From positions 43,483 to 107,482 of the forward strand of contig JABMPC010000075.1 of the NCBI GenBank assembly GCA_013203905.1: a DNA stretch of 64,000 nt, written 5' to 3'. A program made the translations under genes and the position numbers. The stretch's first letter is position 1. Each line of letters starts with the position of its first letter. The notes below the pieces were generated by a model. That model was given only the letters and a program-made list of their open reading frames with translations. It was not told the DNA's origin and ran no database searches. Origin of the DNA: Chlorobium sp. (GTDB lineage Bacteria; Bacteroidota; Chlorobiia; Chlorobiales; Chlorobiaceae). Below, piece by piece: positions 1 to 9,755 of this stretch.

Positions 1-1802
1 TGGCGGATGCAGTCGATTGCCTGAACTGATGCTTCGGCAGCCTCTATTGTGGTGACAAAGGGGACATTGCTGAGGACGGAGGCGGCACCGATTGCCTCTT
101 CGTCATGCAGCGCCTGTTCGCCCCGCGGGGTGTTGATGACAAAGTCTATTTTGCCGTGCTTGATGATGTCGAAAATGTTCGGGCGCCCTTCTTCGCCGAC
201 CTTGAATACTTTTTTGCACTCAATACCGTTTTCACAGAGGAACCGGTGTGTCCCTTCGGTGGCCACAAGGTCAAAGTCCATGCGGTAGAGCGAGCGGGCA
301 ATGTCGAGAATCCGGTGGTTCTTGTCCTGGTTGTTGACGCTGATGAACACCGACCCTGACAGGGGGAGATGCATGTTGGCTGCCTGATAGGCCTTTGCAA
401 AAGCTTCAGGGAACTTGTCGGCAAGACTCATTGCCTCTCCGGTCGAGCGCATTTCAGGACCAAGGTAGACGCCTGACTTGACAAATTTCGAGAAGGGGAA
501 TACCGGTTCTTTGATGGCCATGTGCTTCAGGCCGAGTTCATCGCAGTCCTTCAGGTCGAACTCGCGGCGCAGGTCGCTGAGTTTTTCTCCGAGCATGATG
601 CGGGTGGCTATCTTGACGACGGGAATGGCCGTTGCCTTCCCGACGAACGGAACAGTCCGGCTGGCTCTGGGGTTCACCTCAATCACATAGACACTGTTGT
701 TCTGCACTGCGTACTGCACATTCATCAGGCCCACCACCTTGAGGTTTTCCGCCATGATGCGGGTGTACTCCTTCATCTTGGCGATGACTTCGGGGCTGAT
801 GTTGTGGTAGGGGAGAATGGATGTCGAGTCGCCGCTGTGGATACCTGCAGCCTCCACATGCTGCATGATGCCGCTGATGACACAGTCGGTGGTGTCGGCC
901 AGGGCGTCGATGTCGAACTCAACGGCTGTTTCAAGAAAGCGGTCAATGAGGAGCGGGTATTTTTCGGTAATGAACAGGGCCTGATCGACATACTCTTTCA
1001 GGGAGTCGTCGCTGTAGATGATTTTCATTGCCCGCCCGCCAAGAACATAGCTGGGCCTTACCAGAACAGGATAGCCGATTCTTTTTGTGATCTGGCGGGC
1101 CTCCTCGAGGCAGACCGCCGTTCCGTAATCGGGGTGGGGAATGTTGAGGCGGTCGAGCAGCGCTCCGAATTTTTTCCGGTCTTCAGCAAGATCTATCCCT
1201 TCTGATGAGGTCCCGAGTATGGTGACTCCGGCTTCATGGAGTCTGGCGGAAAGTTTCAGCGGGGTCTGGCCGCCGAAGCTGACAATGACGCCGAGAGGGT
1301 TTTCGTGCTCAATGATTCGAATGGTGTCTTCAAAGGTCAGCGGTTCGAAATAGAGCTTGTCGGCAATGTCGTAGTCGGTCGAGACGGTTTCGGGGTTGCA
1401 GTTGACCATGATGGTTTCGTAGCCCGCTTCACGAAGGGCGAAAACGGCCTGGACGCAGCAGTAGTCAAACTCTATTCCCTGTCCAATGCGGTTAGGCCCT
1501 CCGCCGAGAATGATGACTTTTTTCCTGTCGGAGGATATCGATTCGTTTTCCTCGTCGTAGGTGGAGTAGTGGTAGGGGGTTTTCGCGTCGAATTCAGCAG
1601 CGCAGGTATCAACAGTCTTGAAGACTGAGTTGATGCCGTAATGTTTCCTGAGGCCCTGGACGGCGCTCTCGGTTGTGCTGAAAATATGAGCGATCTGGCA
1701 GTCGGAAAAACCGTGCTCTTTTGCTGTGATGAGACGGTCTGCAGGGAGGCGGCGGGAAAGGGCCAAAACCTCTTCGGCCGGTTCGGAAACTTGTGTGCTC
1801 AT
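1..1802 (-). CDS. carB: carbamoyl-phosphate synthase large subunit, C-terminal half, encoded as a stand-alone ORF. The 3' end runs off the window.
   Basis: The reverse-strand frame is open from the window edge to the ATG at 1802-1800, with an in-frame TAA six codons upstream. The translation MSTQVSEPAEE...KTVDTCAAEFDAKTPYHYSTYDEE...KKVIILGGGPNRIGQGIEFDYCCV...VNPRASRTVPF matches the second ATP-grasp half plus the MGS-like tail of CarB. It is absent from the ORF track because no stop lies in the window. Confidence 0.85.
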   Translation of the reverse strand, partial: MSTQVSEPAEEVLALSRRLPADRLITAKEHGFSDCQIAHIFSTTESAVQGLRKHYGINSVFKTVDTCAAEFDAKTPYHYSTYDEENESISSDRKKVIILGGGPNRIGQGIEFDYCCVQAVFALREAGYETIMVNCNPETVSTDYDIADKLYFEPLTFEDTIRIIEHENPLGVIVSFGGQTPLKLSARLHEAGVTILGTSSEGIDLAEDRKKFGALLDRLNIPHPDYGTAVCLEEARQITKRIGYPVLVRPSYVLGGRAMKIIYSDDSLKEYVDQALFITEKYPLLIDRFLETAVEFDIDALADTTDCVISGIMQHVEAAGIHSGDSTSILPYHNISPEVIAKMKEYTRIMAENLKVVGLMNVQYAVQNNSVYVIEVNPRASRTVPFVGKATAIPVVKIATRIMLGEKLSDLRREFDLKDCDELGLKHMAIKEPVFPFSKFVKSGVYLGPEMRSTGEAMSLADKFPEAFAKAYQAANMHLPLSGSVFISVNNQDKNHRILDIARSLYRMDFDLVATEGTHRFLCENGIECKKVFKVGEEGRPNIFDIIKHGKIDFVINTPRGEQALHDEEAIGAASVLSNVPFVTTIEAAEASVQAIDCIR

Positions 1803-2035
1803 GCAGTCTTGACAGGTTTAAATCAATTGAGTGTCGTGGCTTCATAAAGGTAATGATTCACCTCATGATATCATAAGCCCGAAGAGTATACAAAAATGTC
1901 TATCTCTATACAAAGAGGGATCGTCGCATGGTAGCGGCAGGGGGGAAAAGCCTTCTGGAAAATGGGCGGAGATTTTTTTTTGATTACATTTGAATTCGCG
2001 GTCACAAAGTTCTGCAATAAAGGTACTACTCAAAT

Positions 2036-3268
2036 ATGGAAAACAAGCGTTTTGATACTATAGAATCGGCTCTTGAGGATATCAGGCTGGGGAAGCTGGT
2101 CATCGTCATTGATGACGAGGACCGAGAGGATGAAGGTGATTTTATTGCCGCCGCCGACAAGGTGACGACAGAAATGGTCAATTTTATTACCAGAGAGGCC
2201 CGGGGGCTGCTCTGCGTGGCCGTAACCATGGAGCGGGCCAAAGAGCTGCAGCTCGACCCGATGGTGCAGCGAAATACCTCGCAGCATGAGACCAACTTCA
2301 CCGTATCGGTTGACGCCATTGCCGAGGGGGTGACAACCGGCATTTCCGCATATGATAGGGCGATGACCATAAAAATGCTTGGCGATGAAGCGACTCACGC
2401 CGACAGTTTTTCTCGCCCGGGACATATTTTCCCCCTGCGGGCGATGGATGGCGGTGTGCTTCGCCGGGTAGGCCATACTGAGGCGGCTGTTGATCTGGCA
2501 CGGCTTGCCGGGTGCAGTCCGGTGGGGTTGCTTTGTGAAATTCTCCATGAGGATGGAAGCATGGCCCGCCTGCCCGATCTCATGACCATAAAGGAGAAAT
2601 TTGGTCTGAAGCTGATTACCATCAAGGACCTTGTTGCCTATCAGATGCAACGCAGCAAGCTGGTACAGAGGGCTGTGGAATCAAAGCTTCCTACCGCATA
2701 CGGAGAGTTCCGCCTGATGGCATATGAGTCGTTTACCGACAGCCAGAACCACATGGCCTTTGTAAAGGGGGATGTGGAGACCGACGAACCGGTGCTGGTT
2801 CGTGTGCATTCTCAGTGCGCCACCGGCGACACCTTTGCGTCGCTGCGGTGCGACTGCGGCAACCAGTTGGCCGGAGCCCTCAGAATGATTGAGGCTGAGG
2901 GGCGTGGTGTGCTTGTCTACCTGATGCAGGAGGGTCGGGGGATTGGGCTTATCAATAAGCTCAAGGCTTATAATCTTCAGGACGATGGGCTTGATACCGT
3001 TGAGGCCAATGAAAAGCTGGGATTCAAGGCTGATCTGCGCGACTACGGCATCGGTGCCCAGATTCTTCAGGACCTCGGCGTCCGAAAGATGCGCCTCATG
3101 ACAAACAACCCGAAAAAGGTTGTCGGGCTTGAAGGATACGGTCTTGAAATAGTGGAGCGGGTACCTCTTGAAATCGAGCCCAATTGCATCAATAAAACCT
3201 ACCTTGAAACCAAACGGGACAAGATGGGCCATATGATCAGCTGCTCATGCAGCAGCGGAAGCCATTGA
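2036..3268 (+). CDS. ribBA: bifunctional 3,4-dihydroxy-2-butanone-4-phosphate synthase / GTP cyclohydrolase II
   Basis: 410-aa ORF. The N half matches DHBP synthase ([20 protein letters not shown]) and the C half matches GTP cyclohydrolase II ([29 protein letters not shown]). Confidence 0.95.
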   Translation: MENKRFDTIESALEDIRLGKLVIVIDDEDREDEGDFIAAADKVTTEMVNFITREARGLLCVAVTMERAKELQLDPMVQRNTSQHETNFTVSVDAIAEGVTTGISAYDRAMTIKMLGDEATHADSFSRPGHIFPLRAMDGGVLRRVGHTEAAVDLARLAGCSPVGLLCEILHEDGSMARLPDLMTIKEKFGLKLITIKDLVAYQMQRSKLVQRAVESKLPTAYGEFRLMAYESFTDSQNHMAFVKGDVETDEPVLVRVHSQCATGDTFASLRCDCGNQLAGALRMIEAEGRGVLVYLMQEGRGIGLINKLKAYNLQDDGLDTVEANEKLGFKADLRDYGIGAQILQDLGVRKMRLMTNNPKKVVGLEGYGLEIVERVPLEIEPNCINKTYLETKRDKMGHMISCSCSSGSH

Positions 3269-3358
3269 TCAGGGCTGGCCGGAATGAGTTTTCCAGTGAA
3301 CAGCAGTGACAGCATAAACACTTAAACTTCCCTAAAGAGGAAAAAGGAACAAGAGACG

Positions 3359-4684
3359 ATGGAGACCGATATTCTGAAGATGCAGGACAGAGAGGTTTTT
3401 GACGCGATAGCTCTTGAGACGGGCCGTCAGATGGAAACCCTTGAGCTCATTGCCTCGGAGAATTTTACCAGTCGCGCGGTCATGCAGGCCTGCGGTTCGG
3501 TGATGACCAACAAATATGCGGAGGGTTATCCCGGAAAACGCTACTATGGCGGTTGTGAGTTCGTCGATATTGCCGAGGACCTTGCGCGCGACCGTGCAAA
3601 AAAACTTTTCGGATGCGAATATGTCAATGTTCAGCCGCACTCCGGTTCAAGCGCGAATATGGCTGTGCTCTTTTCGGTTCTCAAGCCCGGCGACTGCATC
3701 ATGGGCCTTGACCTTTCCCATGGTGGCCACCTGACCCACGGCAGTTCGGTCAACTTTTCCGGGCAGATGTACAAGGCCCATGCCTACGGAGTTGATCGTG
3801 AAACCGGCATCATTGATATGAACCAGGTGGAGAAAATGGCCCTTGAGGTCCGTCCCCGCCTTATCATCTGTGGCGCAAGCGCCTATTCTCAAGGGTTTGA
3901 TTTCAAGGCGTTCCGCGAGATTGCCGACAAGGTCGGGGCATTTCTGATGGCTGATATTGCGCACCCTGCAGGACTTATTGTCAGCGGCCTGCTCAGCGAC
4001 CCGATGCCGCACTGCCATTTTGTGACCACCACCACCCACAAGACTCTTCGCGGTCCCCGCGGCGGCATGATCATGATGGGCAAAGACTTTGAAAATCCGA
4101 TGGGGCTCACCATCAAAACCAAGAATGGACCACGCGTGAAGATGATGTCGGAAGTGATGGACGCTGAGGTGATGCCCGGTATTCAGGGCGGCCCTCTTAT
4201 GCACATCATCGCCGGCAAGGCTGTGGCTTTCGGTGAGGCTCTCCGTCCGGAATTCCGCGAGTACGCCATGCAGGTTCGCAAAAACGCAGCTGCAATGGCT
4301 GAACGGTTCCTCAGCCTCGGTTACAATATTGTGAGCGGCGGCACCAAGAACCACCTGATGCTCCTTGATCTCCGGAACAAGGATATTACCGGCAAGGTTG
4401 CAGAGAATACTCTGCATACAGCAGGCATCACCGTCAACAAGAACATGGTGCCGTTTGATGACAAATCTCCATTCGTGACCAGCGGTATCCGTATCGGTAC
4501 GGCCGCCATGTCAACCCGTGGTATGAATGAAGATGACAGCAGGCTGATTGCCGAGCTGATTGACAGGGTCATTCTGTCAGCGGCTTCGTCCGATGCGCCC
4601 GCAGTTTGCCGCTCCGTCAGGGAAGAGATCCGTTCGCTCTGCCTCAGCAATCCTCTTGAAGGGTATGGTGTCGCCTCCTCCTGA
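3359..4684 (+). CDS. glyA: serine hydroxymethyltransferase
   Basis: 441-aa ORF with SHMT motifs ([39 protein letters not shown]). Confidence 0.95.
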   Translation: METDILKMQDREVFDAIALETGRQMETLELIASENFTSRAVMQACGSVMTNKYAEGYPGKRYYGGCEFVDIAEDLARDRAKKLFGCEYVNVQPHSGSSANMAVLFSVLKPGDCIMGLDLSHGGHLTHGSSVNFSGQMYKAHAYGVDRETGIIDMNQVEKMALEVRPRLIICGASAYSQGFDFKAFREIADKVGAFLMADIAHPAGLIVSGLLSDPMPHCHFVTTTTHKTLRGPRGGMIMMGKDFENPMGLTIKTKNGPRVKMMSEVMDAEVMPGIQGGPLMHIIAGKAVAFGEALRPEFREYAMQVRKNAAAMAERFLSLGYNIVSGGTKNHLMLLDLRNKDITGKVAENTLHTAGITVNKNMVPFDDKSPFVTSGIRIGTAAMSTRGMNEDDSRLIAELIDRVILSAASSDAPAVCRSVREEIRSLCLSNPLEGYGVASS

Positions 4685-4717
4685 ACGGCATGGTTCTCCT
4701 TTTTTGCCGAGTTACTT

Positions 4718-4760
4718 CAGCCGTTCCATGTCATTACGAATGGGGCGGCTGTATCTTTTT
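4718..4760 (+). terminator. putative rho-independent terminator after glyA
   Basis: Imperfect hairpin CAGCCGTTCCAT / AATGGGGCGGCTG followed by TATCTTTTT, 34 nt after the glyA stop. Confidence 0.45.
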
Positions 4761-4796
4761 GGGCTGGAATTGCTTCGCAGTTTGAGGGGGAGGGTT

Positions 4797-6698
4797 TTAT
4801 GGCTGGCGACGGTCAAGGATGGAGGCTATCATGGTATTAAGCTCGGTCGCCGTTTTACGGATTTTCCTGTCCAGAGCGATTTTCTCTTTCGACAGTTCGA
4901 TTTCCCGTTCAGTTTCCGTTTCGGTCCGGATGCTTTCCGTCACCTGTTCCTTTTCGTGAAGGAGCGGGGCGAGAATCAGGTTTCTGAAAGCATCAAGAAA
5001 CATTGTCAGGCATCGTTTGGCGTTTTCTTCATGCTGATCGCCCTTTTCAAGCCATCGGCTACTGACCGGCTGCTCAATGAGGAGCCCTGTGGCAAGGTCC
5101 CGGGCTTCGGGGCTTTCAAGCATACTGACGGCCGATGCTATATCAATGCGGGCTTCGGGTTCATCGGAAATGCCACGGTAGCGGGTGATGAGGCGTGTAA
5201 AGATTTCCCGTGCGGCAGAACTCTGGAGTACCAGCATTGTTTCGTGGGATGCGGCGAATTCCAGGACGGTGTTGCCGTAAGCTGCGCTTTCAAGCAGAGC
5301 CTTGAGGAAGGTTTTTTCCAGGATTGAGACCTCTGCGGGTGGTGGGGCTGCTACGGGGTCGATTTTTTCTTTCCTCTCCGGGCGGTACTCCCGCAGAGCG
5401 TTTTTTTGTTCGCTTTCACAGAGTTCGTGCAGTGCCTGCAGGCTGATGCCGGTTTTTTCAGAGAGTTCTCCAAGATAGAGCTCCCGCCTGAGGGGATCGG
5501 GGACGAGGCTGATGGTGTGGACCATGGAGCGGATTGCATCGGCTTTCTGTTCGGGTTTTCCGAAATTCCCCGCTTCAGTATGGAAGAGAATCTGGAAATC
5601 GACAACACCGAGCCCTGCGGTGTCTGCCAGTTCAAGAAATTTTTCCCGCCCTTCCCGCTGCACAAAACTGTCAGGGTCGTCCCCTTGCGGGAGCAGGAGA
5701 ATCACCGGGGTGATGTTTTCGGCAAGGAGAACTTCAATGCCGCTCATCATGGACTTTCTTCCGGCAGGGTCGGCATCATAAATGAAGAGGACCTGTTTTG
5801 TGTATCGCTTCAGTATTTTCGCCTGATGACGGGTCAGCGATGTGCCGCACGATGCAACGGCGCTTTGGAGACCTGCCTGGTGCAGGGCGATCACATCCAT
5901 ATAGCCTTCAACCAGGATTGCTGTTTCGCTCTTCCGTATCACCTGCTTCGCTGCGTGCAGGCCGTAGAGAAGTTTTGATTTTTCAAATAGCGGGCTTTCG
6001 GGCGAGTTCAGGTATTTAGGTGCGTCGTCGCGTGTTTCCAGTGTTCGGCCGCCAAAGCCTACAACCTGGCCGCCGATGGAGAAAATCGGGAACATCACCC
6101 TGTTGCGGAAGGTGTCGTACCATGATTTTTTCTGGCGGTTTTCCGTGATAAGGCCGAGGAGCTGAAGATGGGTGTGGGGAATTCCATCTCTCTTTGCTGC
6201 TTTGAGAAGTTGGTCCCAGCCAGGGGGGGCGTAGCCAAGTCCGAAGCTGTTGATTGTTGCTGCCGTCAGGCCTCGACTGGCTGCCAGATAGGCATATCCT
6301 TCGTTTCCCTTGTCGGCATTGAGCGAACTGTGGAAAAGGCGTGCCGCCCAGCGAAGTGTTCTTGTTCTTGAGTCTTCTTCCTCGCTTTTCTTTCCGCTTT
6401 CGCCAAAGAGGCGGCTGATGTCAAGGCCGGCGCGTTTTGCCACCAGCTCAACTGCTTCAGGGAAGGGGACCTTTTCCATCTCCATGACAAAAGAGAATAC
6501 ATTGCCCCCTTTGCCCGTTGAGAAGCATTTGTAAATCTGTTTGTCTGTGGAGACAATGAAAGAGGGTGTTTTCTCGCGGGTAAAGGGAGAGAGCGCTTTG
6601 AAGTTCCTGCCTGAAGGCTGGAGGGTAAGATAATCGGATATGATGTCGACAATATCGGCCGACTGGCGGACTTCATCGATGGTTGCGTCAGGAATCAT
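4797..6698 (-). CDS. dnaG: DNA primase
   Basis: 633-aa ORF with the primase N-terminal region (REKTPSFIVSTDKQIYKCF), the RNA polymerase core and a TOPRIM domain (ILVEGYMDVIALHQAG, LFIYDADPAGRKS). The zinc-finger ligands are largely substituted (see findings). Confidence 0.9.
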   Translation of the reverse strand: MIPDATIDEVRQSADIVDIISDYLTLQPSGRNFKALSPFTREKTPSFIVSTDKQIYKCFSTGKGGNVFSFVMEMEKVPFPEAVELVAKRAGLDISRLFGESGKKSEEEDSRTRTLRWAARLFHSSLNADKGNEGYAYLAASRGLTAATINSFGLGYAPPGWDQLLKAAKRDGIPHTHLQLLGLITENRQKKSWYDTFRNRVMFPIFSIGGQVVGFGGRTLETRDDAPKYLNSPESPLFEKSKLLYGLHAAKQVIRKSETAILVEGYMDVIALHQAGLQSAVASCGTSLTRHQAKILKRYTKQVLFIYDADPAGRKSMMSGIEVLLAENITPVILLLPQGDDPDSFVQREGREKFLELADTAGLGVVDFQILFHTEAGNFGKPEQKADAIRSMVHTISLVPDPLRRELYLGELSEKTGISLQALHELCESEQKNALREYRPERKEKIDPVAAPPPAEVSILEKTFLKALLESAAYGNTVLEFAASHETMLVLQSSAAREIFTRLITRYRGISDEPEARIDIASAVSMLESPEARDLATGLLIEQPVSSRWLEKGDQHEENAKRCLTMFLDAFRNLILAPLLHEKEQVTESIRTETETEREIELSKEKIALDRKIRKTATELNTMIASILDRRQP

Positions 6699-6907
6699 CA
6701 GGTCGCGGATGGTGATTTACCTTCAGAACAGGTGGAGTATTGAAAAATCACGGTCGTATTTATTACCTTGATAAAATATTCTCGCTGCGGCCCGAAAATC
6801 AATGAGGTTTTCTGTGGGCAGTCAGCTTGACTCAAGTATAGTAAATTACCCGGTTGTTCATAACCACACAAATGCAATCAGGTCGATCCAACAAAGATTA
6901 ACAATCC

Positions 6908-7654
6908 ATGAAACAGGGTCTCTTTACCGGTCTTCTCATTCTGGCGGCCTATGTGGTCTCACTTGTCTTTTATCTCTGGATGGGCACCACCCCTCCAGGC
7001 TCAATGTTTCATGCGGTATCGCAAGGTGGCCCTGTTGTCTCCGTCCTGATGGCGCTGATTCTGATGGTTATTGCCTACGCTGTTGAACGGGTCATTGCGC
7101 TCAACAAGGCTGCCGGCCAGGGAAACATTCCAGAGTTCGTCCAGGCGATAAAGCAGGATATTGACGGGGGGGATGTGAACCGTGCCATAGCTCGATGCGA
7201 CGAGCACCAGAGTTCGCTGGGTGCGGTGATCCGTTCCGTTCTCGACCGCTACAACAGCATGACGGCCCTTCAGGTAACCGACCGTGACAAGATGATCAGC
7301 GAGATGGAGAAAGCTGTTGAAGAGGCAACGACCATGGAAATGCCGCTTCTTGAAAAAAACCTTGTCGCCATTTCCACCATTGCATCCATTTCCACCATGG
7401 TTGGTCTTCTCGGCACCACCCTTGGCATGATCCGTGCATTCCAGGCCATGGCTACAAGCGGGGCACCCGATGCGGTGCAGCTTTCCCTCGGTATTTCAGA
7501 GGCTCTCTTCAATACTGCGCTTGGCATTGTTGGCGGCATTCTTGGCATTGTGACCTACAATATTTTTACCAGCCGGGTTGACCGGTTCAGCTACCTGATT
7601 GATGAAGCGGCGTTTTACATCATACAGACTCTTGGAACGGGCAGGACCCGTTAA
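6908..7654 (+). CDS. exbB: MotA/TolQ/ExbB family proton channel
   Basis: 248-aa protein with three hydrophobic segments and the family signature region (STMVGLLGTTLGMIRAFQAM). It is followed by two ExbD genes and tonB. Confidence 0.85.
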   Translation: MKQGLFTGLLILAAYVVSLVFYLWMGTTPPGSMFHAVSQGGPVVSVLMALILMVIAYAVERVIALNKAAGQGNIPEFVQAIKQDIDGGDVNRAIARCDEHQSSLGAVIRSVLDRYNSMTALQVTDRDKMISEMEKAVEEATTMEMPLLEKNLVAISTIASISTMVGLLGTTLGMIRAFQAMATSGAPDAVQLSLGISEALFNTALGIVGGILGIVTYNIFTSRVDRFSYLIDEAAFYIIQTLGTGRTR

Positions 7655-7662
7655 GTATCGCA

Positions 7663-8196
7663 ATGGCAAGGATCAAGGCAAAAAGAGTCGGGTTTCGTCT
7701 GGATATGACGCCGATGGTTGATGTGGCATTTCTGCTGCTCACCTTCTTTATGCTCACAACCAAGTTCCGTCCACCCGAACCGGTGGTGATTGACTTGCCT
7801 TCGTCCCATTCAGAGCAGAAACTTCCTGAATCGTCCGTTTTGACGGTAATGGTGAGCAGTACTGACGCCCTGTTTATGGGAATCTCTTCCCAGTCGTCAC
7901 GGGAGGTACTCTTCAATGCCGCAATCCGTCCAAAACTGGAGGCTGCAGGTTATTCCGGAAAGGCCGTGACTGATTCGCTTGTCCATTTCAGACTTGCCGA
8001 AACTTTTCCCGTTCAGCGCGAAGAGCTCAGCCGTTTTGTGACGATGGCCCGCTATGCCGACCATGGCCTGCGCCCTGTTGTGCGGGCTGACGCCAATGCC
8101 GGATTCGAGGCGGTCAACTATGTCATTTCCGTTTATAAGGATGCCAATCTGCTGACATTCAACCTTGTGACTATGATGGAAAAGGGGGTTCGCTGA
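7663..8196 (+). CDS. exbD: ExbD/TolR family biopolymer transport protein (copy 1)
   Basis: 177 aa with an N-terminal anchor [18 protein letters not shown] typical of ExbD/TolR. The position follows exbB. Confidence 0.85.
   Translation: MARIKAKRVGFRLDMTPMVDVAFLLLTFFMLTTKFRPPEPVVIDLPSSHSEQKLPESSVLTVMVSSTDALFMGISSQSSREVLFNAAIRPKLEAAGYSGKAVTDSLVHFRLAETFPVQREELSRFVTMARYADHGLRPVVRADANAGFEAVNYVISVYKDANLLTFNLVTMMEKGVR
7705..7754 (+). repeat. 50-nt segment identical to 8282-8331 (copy A, inside exbD copy 1)
   Basis: I compared atgacgccgatggttgatgtggcatttctgctgctcaccttctttatgct letter by letter in both copies. The flanks diverge immediately. Confidence 0.95.
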
Positions 8197-8197
8197 T

Positions 8198-8722
8198 ATG
8201 GGTATGGTTGAGGGGCCGGGGGAAAGCCGCGGCGCGAAAAAAAAACAGAGGCGCCGTCGCCGTATCGGCTTCAGTCTCGACATGACGCCGATGGTTGATG
8301 TGGCATTTCTGCTGCTCACCTTCTTTATGCTGACGACGACCTTTTCAAAAGCCAATACCATGGAGATCAACATTCCTCCCGCAACCGGAGAGGTGAGGGT
8401 GGCGGGTTCCAATGTCATGACGCTCCGCATTACTGACGACGGTGTTGCCTACTGCTCACTGGGTGATGAACGACCGCTCCGTATTCCGCTCTATGACGGG
8501 GGTGACCCGCGAAGACTCTCTCTTTCCGCTGACCTCCGCAGTATGCTGCGTCGTGAAACCACAGCCAACAGCAAGCTGGTGATTGTGGTGAAAATCAGCG
8601 ACAGGGCGCGGTACCGTAACCTTGTTGATATCATTGATGAACTCAACCTGATGAAGATAGACCGGTTCAGTCTCGATGATTACACTCCTGAGGATGACCT
8701 TTTCATAAAGAAAGCCGTGTAG
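8198..8722 (+). CDS. exbD: ExbD/TolR family biopolymer transport protein (copy 2)
   Basis: 174 aa with the same N-terminal anchor motif. The start lies 1 nt after the stop of copy 1. Confidence 0.85.
   Translation: MGMVEGPGESRGAKKKQRRRRRIGFSLDMTPMVDVAFLLLTFFMLTTTFSKANTMEINIPPATGEVRVAGSNVMTLRITDDGVAYCSLGDERPLRIPLYDGGDPRRLSLSADLRSMLRRETTANSKLVIVVKISDRARYRNLVDIIDELNLMKIDRFSLDDYTPEDDLFIKKAV
8282..8331 (+). repeat. 50-nt segment identical to 7705-7754 (copy B, inside exbD copy 2)
   Basis: See copy A. Confidence 0.95.
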
Positions 8723-8751
8723 TAGGGGCGGGTTCCCTGAACCAGAGAGAT

Positions 8752-9540
8752 ATGCAGTCAAAGCTTGACAAAATACATGCCGGCATTAATGCCGCAGACA
8801 AGGCTGGTCGCTGGTCTATGGAGGAGGAGTTTCTCGATACCGACCGTTTGCGGGGTTTCAGTTACGGCAATCTTGCCCTTCGGCGTCAGGCCCATATTTT
8901 TTTGAGCCATGGAGTGATTGCCGCCGTTCTGCTTCTTTTGCTGTTCTGGGCCGCAGCGGCCAACTGGCAGCGTATTTCTTCGCTCTTTGGCGGCAACTCA
9001 CCCCATAGTGCCCATGCCCTTGAGTATTACGAGGTGGTGAGCTGTGTGACCCAGCTGCCTCCTCCTCCACCTCTCCATGCGCCTCCTGCTGCGCCAGTCA
9101 AAGCTGTAGAGCCCTCCCCGGTCGTTCCCAATGTGGGGAAGATCAAAAAAGTCAAAGAGAGCGAGGTGCCAGCCGACCAGACTATGGCTACACAAAAAGA
9201 AATCCGTCAGGCTATTCAGGCAGGGGAGGGTGCTGGAGATGATGTGCCCTCGTTCGTGGCGTGCGATAAAATGCCGGGTTTTCTTGACCAGAAAAAGCCC
9301 CGTTATCCTGAAATGGCTCGAATTGCCGGTATTGAGGGGAAGGTGTTTGTCAGCGTTCTTGTCTGTGAGGATGGCCGCCCTCTGAAAGCAAAGGTGATGA
9401 AGCGAATTCCGGCTGACTGCACGGTGTTTGATGAGGTTGCCATCCGTTCAGTCATGGAGTCTCGCTATTATCCTGCCGTGCAGGACAGCCGGCCCATCCG
9501 GGTCTGGTTTACCATTCCGATACGCTTCAAGATCGATTAA
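8752..9540 (+). CDS. tonB: energy transducer TonB
   Basis: 262 aa with a TM anchor, a Pro-rich spacer (LPPPPPLHAPPAAPVKAVEPSPVVP) and a TonB C-terminal domain (PRYPEMARIAGIEGKVFVSVLV...RFKID). The exact start is uncertain. Confidence 0.85.
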   Translation: MQSKLDKIHAGINAADKAGRWSMEEEFLDTDRLRGFSYGNLALRRQAHIFLSHGVIAAVLLLLLFWAAAANWQRISSLFGGNSPHSAHALEYYEVVSCVTQLPPPPPLHAPPAAPVKAVEPSPVVPNVGKIKKVKESEVPADQTMATQKEIRQAIQAGEGAGDDVPSFVACDKMPGFLDQKKPRYPEMARIAGIEGKVFVSVLVCEDGRPLKAKVMKRIPADCTVFDEVAIRSVMESRYYPAVQDSRPIRVWFTIPIRFKID

Positions 9541-9733
9541 CGGCTCTCTGCTCCCGGGGGCGATAGAGGACGCCGAATCCTATGGCCAGATAAGCCCCGA
9601 TGATGAGGAACGGGGCTACATTGAGCGCGAAGAATCCATCGACCTCCCCTTCGATTGACATTCCCCAGAAGCTGCCCGCAATCATCAGCGCCCCTGCGCC
9701 GATAATGAGATAGTTGGTTTTGCGTAGAGGCAT
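9527..9733 (-). CDS. small two-TM membrane protein, DUF3098-like
   Basis: The track ORF is 9527-9799. I prefer the internal ATG at 9733 (MPLRKTNYLIIGAGALMIAG...APFLIIGAYLAIGFGVLYRP), which removes the overlap with argD. The architecture matches the DUF3098 family of Bacteroidetes/Chlorobi as I recall it. Confidence 0.5.
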   Translation of the reverse strand: MPLRKTNYLIIGAGALMIAGSFWGMSIEGEVDGFFALNVAPFLIIGAYLAIGFGVLYRPREQRAVNRS

Positions 9734-9755
9734 GTCGTGCGCTTTTCCCGCGGCG

